Below, in pieces: positions 1 to 8,282 of a stretch of DNA of 20,261 bases. Source of the stretch: an uncultured Candidatus Rokubacteria bacterium (GTDB lineage Bacteria > Methylomirabilota > Methylomirabilia > Rokubacteriales > CSP1-6). Every line of letters begins with the position of its first letter. Positions within the stretch are counted from its first letter, which is position 1. Below the pieces are notes generated by a model that worked only from the letters and a program-made list of their open reading frames with translations, did no database searches and was not told where the DNA came from. The stretch covers positions 1-20,261 of the forward strand of contig CAWBMV010000005.1 of NCBI GenBank assembly GCA_963789955.1. The letters are read 5' to 3'. A program made the position numbers and the translations under genes.

Positions 1-189
1 GTGAGAGACCCAGACTCGCCCCTCGTCGGGAACGATCCGGGCGGCGACCGCGTCGAGCAGCGCGTCGCGCTCCTCGGGCAGACGGGAGACGACTAGAGTC
101 ACCTCGCCACGCCGGAAGCTCGCGCAGACGCGATGGAGCGTCCAGCCGCCGTCCGCTCGAGGCGCGCCGACTCCGAGCAATTCGATCAT
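1..189 (-). CDS. Partial CDS (5' part only, runs off left edge): ABC-ATPase-like protein with degenerate Walker A
   Basis: Hand translation, not in the ORF track: MIELLGVGAPRADGGWTLHRVCASFRRGEVTLVVSRLPEERDALLDAVAARIVPDEGRVWVSH (alternative ATG at 198). It follows the ABC NBD N-terminal pattern MIEL..v...y..g..aL..vs..i..GE...i.[GxxGxGKST]LL..i.g...PdeG.i, but the P-loop reads SRLPEERDA. The frame is open to position 1. Confidence 0.7.
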   Translation of the reverse strand, partial: MIELLGVGAPRADGGWTLHRVCASFRRGEVTLVVSRLPEERDALLDAVAARIVPDEGRVWVSH

Positions 190-196
190 GGCCGGC

Positions 197-240
197 ATGG
201 TCTACGCCGATCATTACGAAATGATGACGGAAGCGTGAAA
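197..240 (-). promoter_or_regulatory. Pho-box-like array (3 x 11 bp) with putative -10
   Basis: Minus strand 240->208 reads TTTCACGCTTC CGTCATCATTT CGTAATGATCG. Ten nt after the last GTAAT comes GACCAT (202-197), then 7 nt to ATG 189. Confidence 0.7.
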
Positions 241-269
241 TTCGCCGGCCCGGGCGCCTCGGGGAGCGC

Positions 270-2324
270 CTAGGAGGTTCGAAGCGGCTGGATCAGCTCC
301 CAAAGCCGCTCTTGCGAGCGCACCGCGGGCGACGCCGAGATCCGCTGGGAGGTGCCGTCCGGGCGGATGAGGCGCGCCTTCACGGTGTCGCCGAGCTGCA
401 CGTCGAGGATCGCGGCCAGCTGGGCGCGCAGCCCGGGGTCCAGCACGGGAAACGCGATCTCGACGCGCCGGTCCAGGTTTCTCGGCATCCAGTCCGCCGA
501 GGCCAGAAAATATTCCGCCGCGCGGTCGTTCTGGAAGTAGAACACGCGCGCGTGCTCGAGGAAGCGGTCGACGATCGAGACGGCGCGGATGCGCTCGGAC
601 AGTCCCGGCACACCTGGACGCAGACAGCAGATCCCTCGAATGATCAGATCGATCTGAACGCCGGCGCCGCTCGCCCGGTAAAGCTCCTCGATCAAGGTCG
701 AGTCGACCAGGCTGTTCACCTTGGCGATGATCCGCGCGGGCCGCCCGGCTCGGGCGTGGTCCGCCTCGCGGCGAATGCGCATCACGAGCCCGTCGCGCAG
801 ATCCGTCGGCGCCACGATCAGATGATTGAATCGGCGTGGGCGGGTGTAGCCGGTCAAGAGATTGAACAGCTCGGTCAGGTCTTCGCCGAACGATTCGCGA
901 CAGGTGAACATTCCGAGATCGCCGTAGACACCCGCGGTGCGAACGTTGTAGTTCCCGGTCGCGAGATGGCAGTACCGCCGGATGCCGTCGGCTTCCTGGC
1001 GCACGACCAGACACGCCTTGCAGTGCGTCTTGTACCCGACCAGCCCGTAGACGACATGCGCGCCGACCGCCTCGAGCGCGCGCGCCCATCGGATGTTCGC
1101 CTCCTCGTCGAAGCGCGCCTGCAGCTCGACGAGCACCACGACTTCTTTGCCACGCTCGGCGGCGAGCCTCAGGGCCTGGGCGATCGGCGAGGCGGGGCTG
1201 ACGCGATAGAGCGTCATCTTGATCGCGAGCACCTTCGGATCGACCGCCGCGTCGTGGACGAAGCGCGTCACCGCGTCGAACGCGTGATACGGGTGGTGCA
1301 CCAGCACGTCGCCGCCCCGGATCGCCGACCAGAGATCGGGCGCCGACTCGAACGCCGCCACCGGTTGCGGCGCCAGCGGGATATCTTTGAGGCGCGGCAG
1401 ATCCACCGCGGCGTAGAGCTGAAACAGATCCGCGAACGCGATGAAGCCGCGCGCCTCGTAGAGATCCGCGGGCGTGAGCTCGAGCGCGTCCACGATCGTC
1501 GCGAGGATGTCGGCCGGGAGATCGACGTCGTACTGCAGGCGCACCGCCGTGCCCATGCGCCGATCGCGCAGGCTCTCCTCGATCGCCGTCAGCAGATCTT
1601 CGTCGCGCCCGACCGGCATCGCCAGGTCGGCGTCGCGTGTCACGCGGATCGCGTGACACGAATTGATCGTGTACCCGTGATAGATCCGCGGCAGGTAGAG
1701 GCGAATCACGTGCTCGAGCAGGATGAAGGCGTACGTGCCGGGCGGAGCCGGCAGCTGGACGAACCGCGGCACCACCGAGGTCGGAATGTGGACGACCGAC
1801 AGCGCGGCCTGCGGGAGCGGCGACGGCGTGGACGGCGTGAGCGACGCGATCAGGCACAGCGAACGATTGCCCAGGTGGGGAAACGGATGGCCCGGGTCGA
1901 TCGCCAGCGGCGTGACGATCGGCCACACCGTCCGGTGAAAGTACGCGTCGAGGAATCGCTCCTGCTCGAGCGTGAGCTCACTCGGGCTCAGCAGGCGGAT
2001 GCCTTCGGTGGCGAGCAGCGGCTCGAGCTGATCCAGAAAGCACTGGTGCTGCTCGTCGCTGAGCCGGCGCGCGCGCTCCGCCACGGCGCTCAGGGTCTGG
2101 GCTGCGGTGAGCCCGTCGGGCCCGGTCGGCGCATCGCCCTCGCGCACGCGCCGCTTGAGCCCGGCCACGCGCACCATGAAAAACTCGTCCAGGTTGGAGC
2201 TGACGATCGCCAGGAACTTGAGCCGCTCGAGCAGCGGGACGGTCGGGTCCTCGGCTTCTTCCAGAACTCGGCGGTCGAACTCGAGCCACGACAGCTCGCG
2301 GTTGACGAAGGCGGCGCTGTTCAC
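270..2324 (-). CDS. ppk1: Polyphosphate kinase 1
   Basis: 684 aa; NRELSWLEF, SNLDEFFMVRVAGL, HPFP, AIKMTLYR, ARFDEEANI, KTHCK (phospho-His motif), SADWMPRNLDRRVE. The GTG start overlaps the ppx stop (GTGA). Confidence 0.97.
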   Translation of the reverse strand: MNSAAFVNRELSWLEFDRRVLEEAEDPTVPLLERLKFLAIVSSNLDEFFMVRVAGLKRRVREGDAPTGPDGLTAAQTLSAVAERARRLSDEQHQCFLDQLEPLLATEGIRLLSPSELTLEQERFLDAYFHRTVWPIVTPLAIDPGHPFPHLGNRSLCLIASLTPSTPSPLPQAALSVVHIPTSVVPRFVQLPAPPGTYAFILLEHVIRLYLPRIYHGYTINSCHAIRVTRDADLAMPVGRDEDLLTAIEESLRDRRMGTAVRLQYDVDLPADILATIVDALELTPADLYEARGFIAFADLFQLYAAVDLPRLKDIPLAPQPVAAFESAPDLWSAIRGGDVLVHHPYHAFDAVTRFVHDAAVDPKVLAIKMTLYRVSPASPIAQALRLAAERGKEVVVLVELQARFDEEANIRWARALEAVGAHVVYGLVGYKTHCKACLVVRQEADGIRRYCHLATGNYNVRTAGVYGDLGMFTCRESFGEDLTELFNLLTGYTRPRRFNHLIVAPTDLRDGLVMRIRREADHARAGRPARIIAKVNSLVDSTLIEELYRASGAGVQIDLIIRGICCLRPGVPGLSERIRAVSIVDRFLEHARVFYFQNDRAAEYFLASADWMPRNLDRRVEIAFPVLDPGLRAQLAAILDVQLGDTVKARLIRPDGTSQRISASPAVRSQERLWELIQPLRTS

Positions 2325-3241
2325 GCGCTCGACGCCCTTCGGAAGGTCTCCCGGATCAAGAGCCCGTGGCGCACGCCCTCGGCCGACACCGTCAGGACTT
2401 CGTAGCCTCCAAGCGTCATCACCTCCTCGATCACGACCGCACCGGCCAGGATGACGTCAGCGCGCTCCGCTTTCAGCCCGCGAACGCGGCGGCGCTGGCG
2501 CACGCTGAGCGGCTCCAGCCGCGCGCGCAGCGCCGTGACTTCGCCGCGGCGCAGTCGCAGTCCGCCGAGCGAGTCGTCGCGGCCGGCTGATTTCAGAAAC
2601 ATCCGACCGAGGGCGCGCAGGCTTCCGCCCAGGCCGATCAGCGGGTCGCCGGCTTCGGCTCGCGGCAGTACGCCAAGCAACCGGTCGCGCGTCTCGCGGC
2701 GCAGCGCCGCGATCTCGCTCGCGCGGACCGGGTCGTGCCGCAGGAAGCGCAGGGTCGTGCGCACGACGCCGAGCGGTACGCTGGCGACTCGCGCGATCCG
2801 CCCGCCGCGCACGCGCGTGACTTGCAAACTTCCGCCGCCGAGGTCGACGATGGCGCCGCGATCGATAGGCCGGCGCCACAGAACGGCCGCGGCGCCGAGT
2901 CGCGCTTCCTCGGCGCCGCTCAGCACCTTGACCTCCACCTCGGCTTCGCGCCGCAGCGCGCCCAGCAGTCGGTCGGCGTTCGGCGCGTCGCGCACCGCCG
3001 CCGTCGCCACCGCGAGCACGCGCGGCGGATTCCCACGACGCACCTCGGTCAGGAACGCGCGGATCGCGCGGATGGTCTCCTCGATCGCGCGGCGCGGCAA
3101 CAGCCCGCGGCGGTCGGCGGCGAGCCGGGTCTGCACGCGCTCCTGGCGGAGCACGCGGAACTCGACGCCGGGCGTGACGCCGGCCAGGATCAGGCGGACC
3201 GCGTTGGAGCCAACGTCCAGCACCGCGAGCCGCTCTGCCAT
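2321..3241 (-). CDS. ppx: Ppx/GppA family exopolyphosphatase (short form, no C-terminal HD domain)
   Basis: Start moved to ATG 3241 (306 aa). ASKHA motifs AVLDVGSNAVRL, VATAAVRDAPN, LSGAEEARL, DLGGGSLQ, ERADVILAG, GVRHG. Adjacent to ppk1. Confidence 0.92.
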   Translation of the reverse strand: MAERLAVLDVGSNAVRLILAGVTPGVEFRVLRQERVQTRLAADRRGLLPRRAIEETIRAIRAFLTEVRRGNPPRVLAVATAAVRDAPNADRLLGALRREAEVEVKVLSGAEEARLGAAAVLWRRPIDRGAIVDLGGGSLQVTRVRGGRIARVASVPLGVVRTTLRFLRHDPVRASEIAALRRETRDRLLGVLPRAEAGDPLIGLGGSLRALGRMFLKSAGRDDSLGGLRLRRGEVTALRARLEPLSVRQRRRVRGLKAERADVILAGAVVIEEVMTLGGYEVLTVSAEGVRHGLLIRETFRRASSA

Positions 3242-3247
3242 GGCCGG

Positions 3248-3294
3248 AGTATCGAGAAGCGATCGCGGCTCAGTCAAATTACGGGATCGTGACG
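3248..3294 (-). promoter_or_regulatory. Putative ppx-ppk1 promoter: two Pho-box-like units, -35 TTGACT, -10 GATACT
   Basis: Minus strand 3294->3273 reads CGTCACGATCC CGTAATTTGAC. Layout: TTGACT (3277-3272), 18 nt, GATACT (3253-3248), 6 nt, ATG 3241. No SD. Confidence 0.6.
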
Positions 3295-3328
3295 CGCCGG
3301 TTCGCCCCCGAAGCCACGCGTCTCGGCC

Positions 3329-3384
3329 CGCCACACGTTCTCAACCTGTTCTTAACGGAACGGTAATGAATCAGGCGCTAAGGT
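3329..3384 (+). promoter_or_regulatory. Pho-box-like array (3-4 x 11 bp) and -10 of the pst operon
   Basis: 3329-3372 reads CGCCACACGTT CTCAACCTGTT CTTAACGGAAC GGTAATGAATC. TAAGGT (3379-3384) lies 11 nt after the last GTAAT. Located upstream of pstS. Confidence 0.7.
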
Positions 3385-3453
3385 CTGGACCGTGGTCGCC
3401 CGTCATCCGACCGGCGCACCGAAGACCCGCGGTCAGCCATGGAGGATCACCCC

Positions 3454-4467
3454 GTGAAGCGTCTCGCAATCGCGATGCTGCTCTTGCTGTCGATTCCTCT
3501 GGCGGAGGCTCAGGAGCGCGTACGGCTCACCGGCTCGGGCGCGAGCTTTCCGTTCCCGTTGTACTCGGCGTGGTTCAAGTCGTTCAGCAACCAGAACAAG
3601 AGCATCACCGTCGACTATCAGGCGAAGGGCAGCGGCGCCGGCATCCAGGACTTCATCAATCATACGGTCGACTTCGCGGCCAGCGACGCCGCGATGACCG
3701 ACGAGGAGATCGCCAAGGTCCCGGGCGGCGTCCAGCTCGTACCGCTGACCGCGGGCGAGATCGCGCTGGCCTACAACGTCGCCGGCGTGAAGGGGCTCAA
3801 GCTACCGCGCGACGTCTACGCGGGCATCTTCCTCGGCAGGATCACCAAGTGGAGCGATCCCAAGATCAAAGCCGCGAATCCGGGCGTGAGTCTGCCGGAC
3901 CAGGACATCACCGTCGTGCGCCGCGCCGACAGCAGCGGCACGACCTTCGTGTTCACCACGCATCTGTCCGCGATCAGCGAGGAGTGGAAGAAGGGGCCGG
4001 GAGTCGGCACGACCGTCAAGTGGCCGAGCAGCGACAAGTTCGTCGCGTCGCCGAAGAACGACGGCGTCGCCGCGACCTTGCGGCAGACGCCCGGCGCCAT
4101 CGGTTACGTCGAGTACGCTTTCGGGAAGTTCTCCAAGATGGAGATGGCCCTGCTCCAGAACAAGAGCGGCCAGTTCGTCGCGCCCGGCGGCAAGGGCGGC
4201 GAAGAGGCCCTGGCCAGCGTGAAGCTTCCCGCCGATCTCCGCGCGTGGCTCCCCGACCCGGAGGGCGCGCACGCCTATCCGATCGCGACCTACACCTGGC
4301 TCCTCCTCTACAAGAAGAACGCCGATCCCAAGAAGGCCGCCGCGCTGCGCGAGCTCGTCGACTATTGCCTGACCGACGGCCAGAAGATGAGCGCGCAGAT
4401 GGGCTACATCCCGCTCCCGGACAGCGTTTCCGCGACCGTGAGGAAAGCGGTCGCGAGCGCCCAGTGA
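3454..4467 (+). CDS. pstS: Phosphate ABC transporter substrate-binding protein PstS (copy 1)
   Basis: GTG 3454 preceded by GGAGG (3441-3445). Signal peptide MKRLAIAMLLLLSIPLAEA-Q. Motifs GSGASFP, GSGAG, DFAASD, RRADSSGTT, GYVEY, YPIATYTW. Confidence 0.95.
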   Translation: MKRLAIAMLLLLSIPLAEAQERVRLTGSGASFPFPLYSAWFKSFSNQNKSITVDYQAKGSGAGIQDFINHTVDFAASDAAMTDEEIAKVPGGVQLVPLTAGEIALAYNVAGVKGLKLPRDVYAGIFLGRITKWSDPKIKAANPGVSLPDQDITVVRRADSSGTTFVFTTHLSAISEEWKKGPGVGTTVKWPSSDKFVASPKNDGVAATLRQTPGAIGYVEYAFGKFSKMEMALLQNKSGQFVAPGGKGGEEALASVKLPADLRAWLPDPEGAHAYPIATYTWLLLYKKNADPKKAAALRELVDYCLTDGQKMSAQMGYIPLPDSVSATVRKAVASAQ

Positions 4468-4498
4468 CTCTGAAGCGCGCCGCCGGGAGAGAGCTTCG

Positions 4499-5464
4499 AT
4501 GAGCGTGCTCGAGCACGCGCGCCATCCCGGCGCGGTCGCCGGGGCGCCGTCGGGCTGGGACTTCTTCGCGGATCGTCTGTTCCGCGGGCTCGCGAAGGCG
4601 GCCGCGGGGCTGATCCTGCTGCTCCTCGGATTCATCCTCTGGCAGATCGGGCGCAAGGCCGGGCCCGGGATTCGCGACTACGGGGTCGGCTTCCTCACCT
4701 CGACCTCCTGGGACGTCGGCCGCGGGCACTTCGGGATCTTGCCGGCGATCTGGGGCACGCTCTACAGCTCCTTCCTGGCGCTCCTGATCGGCGGGTTCTT
4801 CGGGATCTCCATGTCGATCTTCTTGACCCAGGACTTCCTGCCGCCGCGGCTCGCCGTCGTCTTCCGTACCACCGTCGAGCTTCTGGCGGCGATCCCGAGC
4901 GTCGTCTACGGCCTCTGGGGAATCTTCGTCGTCGTACCGGCGATCCGGCCGATGGCCAACTGGCTCTACGAGCACCTCGGGCAGATCCCGATCTTCGGCA
5001 CGACGCTCAGCGGACCCGGGCTTCTGCCAGCGGCGCTCGTGCTCGCGATCATGATCCTGCCGACGGTGGCGGCGGTGTCCCAGGACGCGCTGCGACAGGT
5101 GCCGTACCGCGTGAAGGAAGCGGCCTACGGCATGGGCACGACACGCTGGGAGGCCATCTTGAAAGTGATGCTACCGACGGCGTCGACCGGCATCTTCGGC
5201 GCCCTCGTGCTCGGATTCGGCCGCGCGCTCGGCGAGACCATGGCGCTGGCGATGCTCATCGGCAATTCGAACCAGCTGAGCCTGTCCCTGTTCTCTCCGG
5301 CCAACACTCTCGCCGCGTTGCTCGCCCTGAACTTCCCCGAGGCCGGGCCGCGCGAGGTTCAGGTGCTGATGTACGCCGCGCTCGTTCTCCTCGGCATCAC
5401 CTTGCTGGTCAACGTCGCGGGCGGCGCGATCATGACCTTGGCCGCGAGGAACGTGCGCCGATGA
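4499..5464 (+). CDS. pstC: Phosphate ABC transporter permease PstC
   Basis: 321 aa hydrophobic protein; ELLAAIPSVVYGLWG, EAA loop KEAAYGMGTTRWE, GRALGETMA. Confidence 0.96.
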   Translation: MSVLEHARHPGAVAGAPSGWDFFADRLFRGLAKAAAGLILLLLGFILWQIGRKAGPGIRDYGVGFLTSTSWDVGRGHFGILPAIWGTLYSSFLALLIGGFFGISMSIFLTQDFLPPRLAVVFRTTVELLAAIPSVVYGLWGIFVVVPAIRPMANWLYEHLGQIPIFGTTLSGPGLLPAALVLAIMILPTVAAVSQDALRQVPYRVKEAAYGMGTTRWEAILKVMLPTASTGIFGALVLGFGRALGETMALAMLIGNSNQLSLSLFSPANTLAALLALNFPEAGPREVQVLMYAALVLLGITLLVNVAGGAIMTLAARNVRR

Positions 5465-6393
5465 GCACCGTGCCGGCGGTCGACGGGCGCGTCGTTCACG
5501 ACGCGGGCACGGAAGCTCGGCCGGCCGGCCCGCGACTGGGCCGCTCGCCGTGGGAGGTGCGCGCGATGCGCAGCACGCTCCTCACCGCGGGGGCCTGGGC
5601 CGCGGCGATCGTGGCGAGCATCCCCCTCTTTTCGGTGCTCTACATGCTCGTCGTGCGCGGCGGCTCACGCCTGAGCTGGGAAGTTCTGGTCGAGCTGCCT
5701 CCGGCCGGCTTCGAGATGGGCGGCGGCTTCGGCAACGCGATCGCCGGCACCCTGGTCATGGTGGGACTCGGCGCGCTCATCAGCGTGCCGGTCGGCATCG
5801 CCGCCGCGGTGTTCCTGGCCGAGCTCGGACCGAGCAGCACCCTGGCCATCGCGGTCCGCTTCGGCGCCAAGACCCTGACCGGCCTGCCCTCGATCCTCGC
5901 CGGCGTGTTCGCCTACGCGAGCGTCGTTCTCGTGACCGGCACGTACTCGGCGCCGGCCGGCGCGATTGCCCTGGCCGTGCTGATGGTGCCGACCATCGTC
6001 CTCACGGCCGAAGAAGCGATGAAGATGGTGCCGCGCATCACCAAGGACGCCGCCTACGGCATGGGATGCACGCGCAGCCAGGTCATCTGGAAGATCGTCC
6101 TGCCGACCGCGCTGCCCGGCATCCTCACGGGTGTCATGCTCGCCGTCGCGCGCGCCGCGGGCGAAACGGCGCCGCTGCTCTTCACCGCGCTCTTCAGCGC
6201 GTACTGGCTCGTGGAGCAGGGCGGCATCAAGCTCATGCGGCCGACGGCATCGCTGGCCGTCCTCATCTACAACTTCTCGGGCATGCCCTTCGAGAACCAG
6301 ATCGAGCTCGCGTGGGCGGCCTCGCTCGTTCTCGTGATGATCGTGTTGTTCATCAACGTCGCCAGCCGGCTCCTCGGGCGCCGCCGGGCGTGA
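5461..6393 (+). CDS. pstA: Phosphate ABC transporter permease PstA
   Basis: 310 aa; GLPSILAGVF, ARAAGETAPLLFTA. ATGA overlap with pstC. Confidence 0.96.
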   Translation: MSTVPAVDGRVVHDAGTEARPAGPRLGRSPWEVRAMRSTLLTAGAWAAAIVASIPLFSVLYMLVVRGGSRLSWEVLVELPPAGFEMGGGFGNAIAGTLVMVGLGALISVPVGIAAAVFLAELGPSSTLAIAVRFGAKTLTGLPSILAGVFAYASVVLVTGTYSAPAGAIALAVLMVPTIVLTAEEAMKMVPRITKDAAYGMGCTRSQVIWKIVLPTALPGILTGVMLAVARAAGETAPLLFTALFSAYWLVEQGGIKLMRPTASLAVLIYNFSGMPFENQIELAWAASLVLVMIVLFINVASRLLGRRRA

Positions 6394-6413
6394 GCGTGAC
6401 AGGAGGATCCGCG

Positions 6414-7236
6414 GTGATCAACGAAACGGCGGCGAGCAACGGACACACGGCGGCGAATCAGGGTGACGTGGTCATCGACTGCAAGCTGAAAGAGGTCTAC
6501 TACGGCGAGTTCCTCGCCGTGCGTGACAGCCATGTGCCGATCGAGAAGGGCAAGATCACCGGCATTCATCGGCCCGTCCGGCTGCGGCAAGAGCACCGTG
6601 CTGCGCAGCCTCAACCGGATGAACGACCTCATCCGCGGCTTTCGCTTCGAAGGTCACGTGCACTTCCACGGGCAGGACGTGTACGCCCGGCACATCGACC
6701 CGGTGGTGCTGCGCCGCTACATCGGGATGGTGTTTCAGCAGCCGAACCCGTTCCAGATGAGCATCTTCGACAACGTCGCCTTCGGTCTCAAGCTCAACCG
6801 CTACAAGGGCAAGATGGCCGAACGCGTCGAGCAGGCGCTCACGCGCGCGGCGCTGTGGGACGAAGTGAAGGACAAGCTGAAGAACAACGGGCTCTCGCTC
6901 TCCGGCGGGCAGCAGCAGCGCCTCTGCATCGCGCGCGCGATCGCCACCGAGCCGTCGGTGCTGCTGATGGACGAGCCGTGCTCGGCGCTCGACCCGATCG
7001 CCACCCGCCGGGTCGAGGAGCTGATGCTCCAGCTCAAGCAGAACTACACGATCGCGATCGTCACCCACAACATGCAGCAGGCCATGCGCGTGGCCGACAC
7101 GACTGCGTTCTTCTCGGTCGAGATGTCCAAGGGCGGGCGCACGGGGTATCTCGTGGAGATGGGACCGACCCAGCAGGTGTTCGAGAACCCCCAGGAGAAG
7201 CTCACCAAGGACTACATCGCCGGGCAGTTCAGCTGA
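6414..7236 (+). pseudogene. pstB: Phosphate ABC transporter ATPase PstB, frameshifted (+1 at about 6561-6564; real lesion or sequencing error)
   Basis: AGGAGG (6401-6406) then GTG 6414 opens VINETAA...[54 protein letters not shown] and IVTHNMQQA continue in the next frame from 6565. Removing one base from ACC GGC A TTC restores a 273-aa PstB. Confidence 0.92.
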
Positions 7237-7244
7237 GGCCGGCG

Positions 7245-8282
7245 GTGGGCGTGCGCGGCATCCTCGCCGCCTTCGCGCTGCTCGCGATCCTGGCGGCGCC
7301 AGCCGCGGCCCAGACGGGCTCGGCCGGCAAGGTCGTCCTCCAGGGCGCCGGCGCCACGTTCCCGGCGCCACTCTACAAGAAGTGGATCAGCGTGTTCACC
7401 GCACAGAACCCGGACGTCGCGGTCGAGTACCAGGAAGTCGGCAGCGGCGAAGGCGTCCAGCGATTCATCGCGCAGAGCCTCGACTTCGGGGCCAGCGACG
7501 GCGCCATGACCGACGAGCAGATGGCGCGCGTGGCCAACGGCGCCAGGCTCGTGCCGGCCACCGCCGGCATGGTCGTGCTGGCCTACAACCTGCCCGGACT
7601 CGACGCGCCCCTGAAGCTCAGCCGCCCGGTCTATGCCGACATCTTTCTCCGGCGCATCACGAAATGGAACGACCCGCGGATTCGCGCCATCAACCCCGGT
7701 CTGGCCCTTCCCAACCGCAGCATCGCGATCGCCGCGCGGCAGGACCGGAGCGGGACGACGTTCGCGCTGACCAATCACCTGAGCGCGATCAGCCCGGACT
7801 GGCAGCACGGGCCCGGAGTCGGCTACGTCGTGGACTGGTCGGGGCGGGCGATGCTGGCGCGCGGCAACGAGGGTGTCGCCGCGCTCGTCAAGACCAGCGA
7901 GGGCGCCATCGGCTACGTCGAATACGGCTTCGCCGAGCGGCTCCATCTTCCAACGGCGCATCTCCAGAACCGGGCCGGCCGCTACATCGCGCCCAGCAAC
8001 GGCAGCGGCCAGGCGGCGCTCGCGAGCAGCGCGGCACAGATGCCCGACAATCTGCGCCTCTACCTCCCCGATCCGGAGGGCGAGGATTCGTATCCGATCG
8101 TGTCGCTCACCTGGCTCTTGCTCTACGAGCGCTATCCGGACAAGCAGAAGAGCGCGGCCCTCAAGCGATTCGTGACGTGGGGATTGTCCGCGGGCCAGTC
8201 GTACGGCCCCGATCTCGGCTACATCGCCCTCCCGATCGACGTGGCCAAGCAATCCCGCGCCGCGCTGGAGCGGATCCAGTAA
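7245..8282 (+). CDS. pstS: Second phosphate-binding protein PstS (copy 2)
   Basis: 3' part of ORF 5550..8282; GTG start at 7245 or 7251. Signal peptide RGILAAFALLAILAAPAAA-Q. Motifs GAGATFPAPLY, GSGEG, DFGASD, RQDRSGTT, GYVEY, YPIVSLTW. Confidence 0.92.
   Translation: MGVRGILAAFALLAILAAPAAAQTGSAGKVVLQGAGATFPAPLYKKWISVFTAQNPDVAVEYQEVGSGEGVQRFIAQSLDFGASDGAMTDEQMARVANGARLVPATAGMVVLAYNLPGLDAPLKLSRPVYADIFLRRITKWNDPRIRAINPGLALPNRSIAIAARQDRSGTTFALTNHLSAISPDWQHGPGVGYVVDWSGRAMLARGNEGVAALVKTSEGAIGYVEYGFAERLHLPTAHLQNRAGRYIAPSNGSGQAALASSAAQMPDNLRLYLPDPEGEDSYPIVSLTWLLLYERYPDKQKSAALKRFVTWGLSAGQSYGPDLGYIALPIDVAKQSRAALERIQ

Noticed and set aside
253..270. GC hairpin after ppk1 as an intrinsic terminator
   Set aside because: Short bulged stem with no adjacent U-tract; expected by chance at this GC content.
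214..2405. Long alternative-frame and antisense ORFs over ppk1 (570 aa, 697 aa), and similar ones over ppx/pstS, phnM/L and phnI/H
   Set aside because: Shadow ORFs typical of high-GC codon bias: Arg/Pro/Ala-rich or antisense mirrors, with no motifs, fully overlapping well-supported genes.
6523..7236. 237-aa PstB as an intact gene
   Set aside because: Its N-terminus ([14 protein letters not shown]) is out-of-frame sequence without an SD; the real SD and N-terminal strands are in the other frame from 6414.
7382..8278. 300-aa N-terminal extension of the Fido-like ORF
   Set aside because: It overlaps pstS2 out of frame and has low-complexity Arg-rich composition.
5550..8282. 910-aa ORF resembling a large PstS fusion protein
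   Set aside because: It is a composite of out-of-frame pstA, the true PstB N-terminus, out-of-frame pstB and PstS2, joined by the pstB frameshift and the scarcity of stops in high-GC DNA.
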